Source: Defluviitaleaceae bacterium (GTDB lineage: Bacteria > Bacillota > Clostridia > Lachnospirales > WQUN01). Taken from it: 64,000 bases of DNA. Shown here one piece after another: positions 7,269-13,996 of the stretch (its first letter is position 1; every line of letters starts with the position of its first letter). Position numbers and translations under genes: made by a program. The notes below the pieces were generated by a model, which saw only the letters and a list, made by a program, of their open reading frames with translations, made no database searches and had not been told where the DNA came from. The stretch is taken from the NCBI GenBank assembly GCA_009777845.1, contig WRLD01000001.1, positions 120,177-184,176 on the forward strand, given 5' to 3'.

Positions 7269-7457
7269 AAAAACCTGCAATTCCTCAATCATTTCCGCAA
7301 CCGAGGAATAAGACTTAGTTTTTATTTTACCGCTCGCTATATCACGCGCTTCCTGCATGGCGGCTAATGTTTCTTTATTGTACTTTAATGGAAGCATGTC
7401 AAACGACAGCCCTATGTTTATTTCTGACGGTCTATTTATACTTGCTGTTTTAGCCAT
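7200..7457 (-). CDS. Small hypothetical protein with a DinJ/RelB C-terminal-like motif; its C-terminus is encoded by repeat C2
   Basis: The ATG at 7457 (or GTG at 7466) directly abuts the HD-GYP stop at 7467. ETLAAMQEARDIASGKIKTKSYSSVAEMIEEL resembles the tail of DinJ-type antitoxins, but the RHH part is missing. The last ~23 aa (QVFCRGRIYPSRG...) translate family C. Confidence 0.3.
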   Translation of the reverse strand: MAKTASINRPSEINIGLSFDMLPLKYNKETLAAMQEARDIASGKIKTKSYSSVAEMIEELQVFCRGRIYPSRGTHVRQFGTSNVH

Positions 7458-7466
7458 TTTCTTCAC

Positions 7467-8657
7467 TCACTTCCTCAACCTATACCCCTCAGGCAAGTGC
7501 TTCTCGTCCAGCACCTCTACTATAACAATACCCTTATTTTCCGATGCCGACAAATCCAAAACAATACGACTGCCCCATAGCTTCACCACGGGATTCAGCT
7601 TGGTTTTGCCTGCGCGTACTACCTTGGCGAGCTTGCCGTTGGATAGCTGTACGATTGTGTTCATGGGGTACGGCTCTAGCTTCGCCATAAACGCCTTTAC
7701 TATATCTGCCTCAAAATGCGTGCCGGTGTCCTTGCACAATATGCCCATGGCGTGCGAGGGCAGCATGGGCGAGCGGTACGAGCGGTACGAGGTAATAGCG
7801 TCGTACACGTCCGTTACCGCAATAATTTTGCTAAATAGTGGAATATACGGACCAGTTAGCTTGTGCGGATAGCCTGTTCCGTCTACCTTTTCGTGGTGGT
7901 ACATTACGGCGCGCCATAGCTCCGTATTGCCTATTTTGTTCTTTTTTAGGCTTTCCGCGCCGATTACTGGGTGGGTCTTAATTAGCTCAAATTCGCGGTC
8001 GCTTAGCTTGCCTGCCTTGTTCAAAATATCCAGCGGAATAAGATTCTTTCCTATATCGTGAAGCATGGCGCAACGCCCTAGCCGAAAGAGCATATCCTTG
8101 CTAAAGCCAAGCTCCTTGCCCACAGCAATAGACAGCACAGACACACTAAGCGAATGGTGATACGTGTACTCGTCATGCCGTTTTAGGTCGCTTATGTGAA
8201 CAAGCCCTGTTTCGTCGCCTGCAATTACGTCAAGCAAATCCTCGACTACGCCATCAATATTTTCCACGCACTGATACGCGGTCGTCATATTGACCTTTTC
8301 GCCGCTCGATAGGAACGAAAACAGCTGCTTTACGCTAGATACCGCTTCCTCCTTTAGCCTATTGTCGATAATAGCCTCGACAGGCGCTACGTCCTCGTAA
8401 AGCGGCTCGGGCGCAGGCGGCGCAGGCGGCGGCTCGGGAAGCTGCACAACAGGAACATACTCCGTATTGTGCGGTTCTTCGTTTTCGGCGATTTCCAGCG
8501 TGGTTATGCCTATGCGCTTGAGGCGTTCTATGAGAATATCGTCTAGCTGCGCGCCCTTTCTCGCAACCAAAACATCTACGTCTAGCTGATTTTTTACATA
8601 AATTGGCTTGCCTAGCACTAGTCCCCCATATGCGTCATTTATCCCTATTTTTGCCAT
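7467..8657 (-). CDS. HD-GYP domain c-di-GMP phosphodiesterase
   Basis: HHSLSVSVL...LHDIGKNLIP...HHEKVDGTGYPHKL are the HD and GYP signatures. The ATG at 8657 has GGGAG 9 nt upstream and lies 2 nt after the upstream stop. An alternative GTG at 8672 would overlap that gene by 13 nt. Confidence 0.85.
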   Translation of the reverse strand: MAKIGINDAYGGLVLGKPIYVKNQLDVDVLVARKGAQLDDILIERLKRIGITTLEIAENEEPHNTEYVPVVQLPEPPPAPPAPEPLYEDVAPVEAIIDNRLKEEAVSSVKQLFSFLSSGEKVNMTTAYQCVENIDGVVEDLLDVIAGDETGLVHISDLKRHDEYTYHHSLSVSVLSIAVGKELGFSKDMLFRLGRCAMLHDIGKNLIPLDILNKAGKLSDREFELIKTHPVIGAESLKKNKIGNTELWRAVMYHHEKVDGTGYPHKLTGPYIPLFSKIIAVTDVYDAITSYRSYRSPMLPSHAMGILCKDTGTHFEADIVKAFMAKLEPYPMNTIVQLSNGKLAKVVRAGKTKLNPVVKLWGSRIVLDLSASENKGIVIVEVLDEKHLPEGYRLRK

Positions 8658-8659
8658 AG

Positions 8660-9958
8660 TCACATCTCCCACTGAGCTACGTTTATTTGTCCTTTGTTCT
8701 TGGAAATATCGGGGTGCAGCATTTCCGCTACAAGCGTTCCGTTAGATTTCCAACCGATTATATGATACCGCCCCGCCGCAATGGCGATTATTTCGCGCCA
8801 GTCTACCACTGCGGCCTCCACGCCCGAATCCTGCCAAAAATACGCAAGCAGACGTACCGTTCCGTCGTCTGAAAGCCCCGCAAAATAGTCGGGCGCGGCG
8901 GAAATTTGCCTTATGTTCTTGAAGCCCGAAAAATTCTTACGCATGATGTTTTCCTTGCCCACGCGCGCGATTGTTCCGTCCTGCAAAAGCGCGATTATTC
9001 GTAGGGGCGTGGCGTACGCAATGTCCACGACCCCCTCCAAATGCGACACCATTAAATTGCCGTTTTGGTTCTTGCCGCTGACAAGCACGCGGCCGTCCTT
9101 TTTTATGCCAAAGGTGCAGTCCTGCCCTGCGATTACGTGGATTACGTTACGCCAGTGCGTCACCTTACATTCGCCGTAACGGCTCTGTCCGCACGCAAGA
9201 AGCGTGCCGTCCGCGCGTAAGCCCACGGTATGCCTAGCGCCCGCCGAAATTGCCTTTATATCAGTCCAGTCCTTGACGTTTATTTGCCCGAAATCGTTCG
9301 CGCCTACGCCGACCACTGTACCGTCCGCGCGTAGGCCTACGGTGAAGCTCGCGCCTGCCGACACTGCCGTCATGTCGCGCCAGTCGTACGTGTTTGTGTG
9401 ACATTGTCCGTCAGAATTTGTGCCGCTGGCTCGTACCTGCCCGTCCCTCGTCACCGCTACGGTGTGATAATCCGCAGAAATACGCTGTGCAAACCGCTGA
9501 TTTACAAAGGCACGCCTAGTGGGCGAGAGCTTCGGCTTGGCTACCGTCATAATCGGGCGGCGTTCGTCGCCTATAAACGGGCTTTTTTCTACGCTCATTA
9601 CGGCTCTTTTGGGCGCGCTGTGATTTTCTGGCTCGTACACCGAGCCGTCATCACTAACTGTATAGCCCAAAAACATACTAAAAATATTCAAAACCCATTC
9701 CGCTACGCTTTCATCTACCGCAAAGGTTTCTACTAGCTGTACCGCAAGCCGCCGCCTAACCACAGGAAACGCCTTGTCCGCATACTTTAGCTGAAAATAG
9801 CCTCCTATTTCTAGGAAATTTATAATTTGTATACGTTCCTTACGCATATTAGGCGCGAGGTCGTTTAGAATATTACGCACGGTAGTGGTATTATAAAATA
9901 CGCCATCGCCGTATTTTTCGCGAATAGCACTTAATGCTTCCAATATTTTCAAATTCAT
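8660..9958 (-). CDS. RCC1-repeat (beta-propeller) protein, paralog B
   Basis: Repeated ~50-aa units such as SAGARHTVGLRADGTLLACGQSRYGECKVTHW are RCC1-like. The start is placed at MNLKILEAL (ATG 9958), which forms an ATGA overlap with the upstream stop and aligns with the N-terminus of paralog A. Confidence 0.7.
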   Translation of the reverse strand: MNLKILEALSAIREKYGDGVFYNTTTVRNILNDLAPNMRKERIQIINFLEIGGYFQLKYADKAFPVVRRRLAVQLVETFAVDESVAEWVLNIFSMFLGYTVSDDGSVYEPENHSAPKRAVMSVEKSPFIGDERRPIMTVAKPKLSPTRRAFVNQRFAQRISADYHTVAVTRDGQVRASGTNSDGQCHTNTYDWRDMTAVSAGASFTVGLRADGTVVGVGANDFGQINVKDWTDIKAISAGARHTVGLRADGTLLACGQSRYGECKVTHWRNVIHVIAGQDCTFGIKKDGRVLVSGKNQNGNLMVSHLEGVVDIAYATPLRIIALLQDGTIARVGKENIMRKNFSGFKNIRQISAAPDYFAGLSDDGTVRLLAYFWQDSGVEAAVVDWREIIAIAAGRYHIIGWKSNGTLVAEMLHPDISKNKGQINVAQWEM

Positions 9959-11160
9959 TCCGCGCCACCAACTGGAAACCACTCGCATACGTATTCCATA
10001 CGCATGGCTTGGTTGCTCCATAGCCAGCCCTGGTGAGTGTACGCCGAAAGTAGGTTTCCCTCCGCGGTAAGCCCAACAAGCCGCTTGTAGCCGCCATAAA
10101 TGGCTACGATATTTTCCCATTTGTCCGCATCGGTATCGGGGCGAGGGCTTTCTCGTTCATAGGGCAAAACGCGCACAGTGCCGTCTGCTCGCAAAATAGC
10201 GAAGCTATCCGCCAAATCAACAATAGAAACAACGTCACGCCATTGTGCAAAATAGCTCTCGGGCTGGTTATTCTTGTAAATGCGCCTGTCCTTGCCAAGC
10301 ACCACACAGCCGCTATTGTACGTACAAATTACCTGCATTACATCATGGCAGGAAAGAAGCCACGCTATTTCCGCGGCCGCCTCGTCGTCAGTAATTTTTG
10401 CCGCGAGGCAAAGCGTTCCGTCAGACTTTAAGCCGACTACGCCCTCGGGATAGCGCGTTATTCCTACAATATCGACAAAGGACGACAAATCCAAGCCCGA
10501 GCGACCGCAAGCGACCGCCGTACCGTCCCCGAACACACAAACGCTGTCATTTCCAAAGGCATAAACCGCGCTAACGCCGCTTAAATGCCCTACGTCACAT
10601 TCGTCATGGGTATTAGAGCCTGCCGCAAGAACTGTGCCGTCCGCGCGAAGCCCTAAGGTATGGGAATCACCTGCCGCTACAGCGACTATGTCCTTCCAGC
10701 CGACTACATCGCACTGAAACTCCGTATTGTCGCCGCCTGCAAAGACTGTGCCGTCCGCACAAATGGCTACTACGTGCTTTTTGCCGATTGCTACCTGGCC
10801 GCCGATATATGCCTGCACGACACGTTTTAACGCAGGCTCGCCGCTAAGCATAGGCAAATCGCCCTCGTCAAGCAAGCCGAGTGCCGCGCCAAACAGCCGC
10901 ACGACCCACAGCGCGGCAGGCCTTTCTATAGAAAACGTATCAACCATTAGCTGTACCAGTTTTTTTTCCGCAAGCGGATACGAGGTGTCCTTTAGTACAC
11001 TGCAACCGTCAATTTCCACAAAATTTCGTACCAAAATGCGTTCGCGCTTCATATTTTGGGCGAGGTCAAGCAAGAGTGCGTTTACACGGTACATATTGTC
11101 CAAGCAATCGGCGTGTTCACGCAATATTTTAGTGAGTATATTGAGCATTTCGTTGTTCAA
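9955..11160 (-). CDS. RCC1-repeat (beta-propeller) protein, paralog A
   Basis: 401 aa with units AAGDSHTLGLRADGTVLAAGSNTHDECDV. It shares a ~100-aa helical N-terminal domain with paralog B (..LLLDLAQNMKRERILVRNFVEIDG..). Confidence 0.7.
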   Translation of the reverse strand: MNNEMLNILTKILREHADCLDNMYRVNALLLDLAQNMKRERILVRNFVEIDGCSVLKDTSYPLAEKKLVQLMVDTFSIERPAALWVVRLFGAALGLLDEGDLPMLSGEPALKRVVQAYIGGQVAIGKKHVVAICADGTVFAGGDNTEFQCDVVGWKDIVAVAAGDSHTLGLRADGTVLAAGSNTHDECDVGHLSGVSAVYAFGNDSVCVFGDGTAVACGRSGLDLSSFVDIVGITRYPEGVVGLKSDGTLCLAAKITDDEAAAEIAWLLSCHDVMQVICTYNSGCVVLGKDRRIYKNNQPESYFAQWRDVVSIVDLADSFAILRADGTVRVLPYERESPRPDTDADKWENIVAIYGGYKRLVGLTAEGNLLSAYTHQGWLWSNQAMRMEYVCEWFPVGGAE

Positions 11161-11163
11161 GAT

Positions 11164-12666
11164 TTACTTCCTTTTCTTGGCTTTCACTATTCCTAAAATC
11201 GCAACACCGACAGCTACACCGACACCAAAAAGCGTACCCCATATCCAAGGCTCGACTGTGCCGCGTTCGGCGGGTTCGGGTGCTTCGGGTGTGGTATCGT
11301 TGTTTTCGGTATCTTGTACGAGCGGGTCAACTTCCACATCACTTGGCGGTCTGCCTGCTGTAGTATTCGGAGAAGGTACAGATATACTCGCCGTAGGCGT
11401 GGGCGTTGGCTCTACTTCCTCGATTTCTACAATAAATTCTTCCCTGCCATAGCCCAACATCATACGGTTAATAATTTCCTGTGACTGGTTGGGTATATCG
11501 TGGGGCAACGCTCTGGGAATAAGCCCGAAGTTTTGGTCTGCGCCCATGGTGAAGCTATTGTTATCCCACCATGCCGTTACCATGCCAAGCTCCGTAGCAA
11601 TACGCGCAAAATCCTCGGCGTGCTGTAGTCTGTTTCTGTTACGAATAGACTGCCCCGAGCCGCTGCGAGATGTCAGCATTGAGCCCCATTCACTTAGAAT
11701 TACTGGCAAGCCCAAGCGGTCTGCGTTGGTTTTTACGTTTTGCAGGTCTTGGCGGATTAAATGCTCGCCTTGGTAATCGCCGTTTCCGTCATGCGCCCAG
11801 CCAAACGGCGAGTACGTGTGGATTGCCCACACTAGCTTATTTACGCTGTTTTCGGGGTCTGTTGGCACAACAAAGTCGCGCATTGCGTTGGCGTGCGAGC
11901 TTGCCGCCGTCGTGGGTACAAGCACGATACGATACCTATTATTTCCGCCTGTACCGCGAATTACGTCAAGCGCCGCTTGGTTTAGATAATTTACATTGTC
12001 GCGTACGGTTTGTGTACCGCCGCTCCACTCATGCTCGCCGCCCTTGTTCCGCGGCTCGTTAAGCGTAGCAAACAGCAGTCTATCGCCGTAGCTATTAAAA
12101 TATTCCGCCACCTGCCGCCATATAGCCGTAACAAAAACATTGCCTGGGTGGTCGCTTTCGTAGGCGTTTTCTATGTCCATGCCGAGGTGTTCCTCCTCGT
12201 GGTGCATGTTAAGAATTACGTGCATATCCTCCGCCAACGCCCATTCGACAACCTCCTGCACACGTTCGAGCCAATCCGCGCGGATTTGCCAGTTATTGCT
12301 AGGGTCTGCCACCTTGCTCCACGTCACGGGAATCCGCAGGGTATCAAAGCCCGCCGCCTTCACCTTTTTGATAAGCGTATAGCTAGTTACGTTTCCGCGG
12401 CCGCTCAGCCATATTGTTTCAATATCGGGAATATAGTGAATATTGCTATCGAACCTCGCACCCGCGCCGAAATTTTCGCCGCGCGCAGTAGCGTCAAACG
12501 TATTGCCCAAATTCCAACCCGGCCCCATACGCGCGACCACTTCCTCCGCCGAAAGCTCAGGCGAAATCTCGCCCCGCCCGACATTTTCCGTTTCCGCCAT
12601 GGCAAAAAAACCGCCAAAAATAAGGCTAAGCGAACACACAAACACAAATGTAAAAAACTTTTTCAT
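11164..12666 (-). CDS. Glycoside hydrolase family 5 (cellulase/mannanase-type), membrane-anchored
   Basis: It has a signal peptide, the acid/base block FATLNEPR, the nucleophile block VILSEWGS, a PT-rich linker and a C-terminal TM helix followed by KAKKRK. Confidence 0.8.
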   Translation of the reverse strand: MKKFFTFVFVCSLSLIFGGFFAMAETENVGRGEISPELSAEEVVARMGPGWNLGNTFDATARGENFGAGARFDSNIHYIPDIETIWLSGRGNVTSYTLIKKVKAAGFDTLRIPVTWSKVADPSNNWQIRADWLERVQEVVEWALAEDMHVILNMHHEEEHLGMDIENAYESDHPGNVFVTAIWRQVAEYFNSYGDRLLFATLNEPRNKGGEHEWSGGTQTVRDNVNYLNQAALDVIRGTGGNNRYRIVLVPTTAASSHANAMRDFVVPTDPENSVNKLVWAIHTYSPFGWAHDGNGDYQGEHLIRQDLQNVKTNADRLGLPVILSEWGSMLTSRSGSGQSIRNRNRLQHAEDFARIATELGMVTAWWDNNSFTMGADQNFGLIPRALPHDIPNQSQEIINRMMLGYGREEFIVEIEEVEPTPTPTASISVPSPNTTAGRPPSDVEVDPLVQDTENNDTTPEAPEPAERGTVEPWIWGTLFGVGVAVGVAILGIVKAKKRK

Positions 12667-12764
12667 AGCTCGGCTCCTTGCTGAGATTATTTTTTTAGTG
12701 CTTGCTAAATTACAGCTCCACTATTATAACGCCTAAGTATGAGAAAACGCAAGTAAACCACAGG

Positions 12765-12995
12765 CTATTTTATAGTGTGTTGTACATTCAATGAACATAG
12801 GGAATCTATCTCGTCAAGCACGCCCTCGTCCCCTGTCAAATGAAGGGCTTCGTACCCTGCCTTGATAAAGCCCAAAATATCCTTTTCCTCGTCAATAGCA
12901 AGGAATGTGTCCACCGTCATGCCATGCCGTTCCATATACAGCCGCGAGGAACGCGCCACCAAAAACGCCACAGGCTCAATCAATGTATGCTTCAT
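12765..12995 (-). CDS. DUF3791-like small protein (second copy)
   Basis: 76 aa. GFIKAGYEALHLTGDEGVLDEI matches my recollection of DUF3791. There is a 4-nt overlap with the upstream gene. Confidence 0.5.
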   Translation of the reverse strand: MKHTLIEPVAFLVARSSRLYMERHGMTVDTFLAIDEEKDILGFIKAGYEALHLTGDEGVLDEIDSLCSLNVQHTIK

Positions 12996-13198
12996 TCGTT
13001 ACGCTCCTCTATAAACATATCATAAACATACTCAAACACCTCTAAATATAGCCCTGTTTCGGGAATACTTAACGCCCTATAGGTGAGAGAAGCCAAAAAC
13101 TGCCGCATTGCTTGCTCTAGCGTAATGCTTTCGCTTTTGGCGTATCGGTCGGCGATACGCGCGGTTTTGGAATCGACTAGGAAGCTGTAGCCTTTCAT
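12992..13198 (-). CDS. DUF3791-like small protein (first copy)
   Basis: 68 aa with a 4-nt overlap on both sides. It is preceded by leader motif L2. Confidence 0.45.
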   Translation of the reverse strand: MKGYSFLVDSKTARIADRYAKSESITLEQAMRQFLASLTYRALSIPETGLYLEVFEYVYDMFIEERNE

Positions 13199-13782
13199 AG
13201 GCGTGTCACCTGCCTTTTTTGATTCGCCTTCGGCGATTTTTCATGTGCGAGCTTGACTATCTCTTGCCGTTGTAACAGCCTTACGGCTTCATTATTGGAA
13301 AAGAAAATTTGCTCGGGAAGATTTTCGGCTTCTATGTTTTTCAACAAGGTATTTAACGCGCTGTCGCTGTTAATTTCCCCATACAAGCCATCTAAATACG
13401 CATTTATTACTACCAGTGTATCATCGTCTGCGGTAGGCCCGACAACAACATCATAAGCATGTGCAGAATTGCGTGATTTGCGGTTAGCAAGAACAAACCG
13501 CACCCATTCAAAATCGGGCTGGGCAAAAATCTTGACACTAAGGCTTGACAATTTAGCCCCGTCTAGCTCGTATGTGTACAAATACGCCTCGCATGTATTT
13601 TTGTATCGCTCTATTTCAACGCGCTTATTGCGTATAGCCAGTTTTTCGGCGTGTATTCTGCTCCTTGTGACATAAAAGCCACGCCCAAAATCCTTGTAGG
13701 GCTTGCCCTTAGTTACATCTATTTCGTCAATCAAGGAGGTTGTGCCATGATAAACTGTCACCCTACCGTCAAAGCCCCTCAC
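13195..13782 (-). CDS. DUF3990-like protein
   Basis: GTG start. VTVYHGTTSLIDEIDV...YKDFGRGFYVT...VVGPTADDD matches the DUF3990 pattern as I recall it. The last ~22 aa (EIVKLAHEKSPKANQKRQVTRL) translate leader motif L2. Confidence 0.55.
   Translation of the reverse strand: MRGFDGRVTVYHGTTSLIDEIDVTKGKPYKDFGRGFYVTRSRIHAEKLAIRNKRVEIERYKNTCEAYLYTYELDGAKLSSLSVKIFAQPDFEWVRFVLANRKSRNSAHAYDVVVGPTADDDTLVVINAYLDGLYGEINSDSALNTLLKNIEAENLPEQIFFSNNEAVRLLQRQEIVKLAHEKSPKANQKRQVTRL
13223..13260 (-). promoter_or_regulatory. Conserved hairpin leader motif, copy L2
   Basis: Minus-strand sense reads ATAGTCAAGCTCGCACATGAAAAATCGCCGAAGGCGAA, 25 nt upstream of the ATG at 13198. It lies inside the 3' end of the DUF3990 ORF. 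Confidence 0.45.
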
Positions 13783-13930
13783 AAAATCACCTACCCTTGC
13801 TTAATTTCACGCCCTACTATACCACATATTTAAATTTCTGTTAATTCCACCTACCCATTTTGTTAAAAATAATTAAAAAATACAAGCAACTTTACGTTTG
13901 CTATACACAAAATAACCCATTATTATAAGG

Positions 13931-13970
13931 TCAACCGCCGAAAACCTCATTCGAGGCTTTCGGCGGTTGA
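13931..13970. other. Long perfect hairpin in the leader of the A2M-like gene
   Basis: TCAACCGCCGAAA / TTTCGGCGGTTGA are 13-bp arms. The inner CCTC/GAGG pairing extends the stem. The hairpin lies 26 nt upstream of the ATG at 13997. Confidence 0.6.
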
Positions 13971-13996
13971 CAAAAAAAACCCCACGGAGGCTCATT

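Noticed and set aside
5453-7290. Integrated prophage or genomic island marked by the tyrosine recombinase.
   Set aside because: There are no phage, conjugation or excisionase genes, no att-like direct repeats beyond the dispersed families, and the flanking genes are housekeeping. The recombinase looks Xer-like.
9959-10120. N-terminal extensions offered by the ORF track: 8660-10120 for RCC1 paralog B, 25062-25247 for GGDEF, 25058-25117 for HipA-like, 57487-57552 for CapA, 59868-59984 for BspA, 13967-13996 for A2M-like and 62354-62377 for HAD.
   Set aside because: The extensions overlap upstream genes or repeats, lack an RBS, and remove the alignment with paralogs. Internal starts with good Shine-Dalgarno sequences were preferred.
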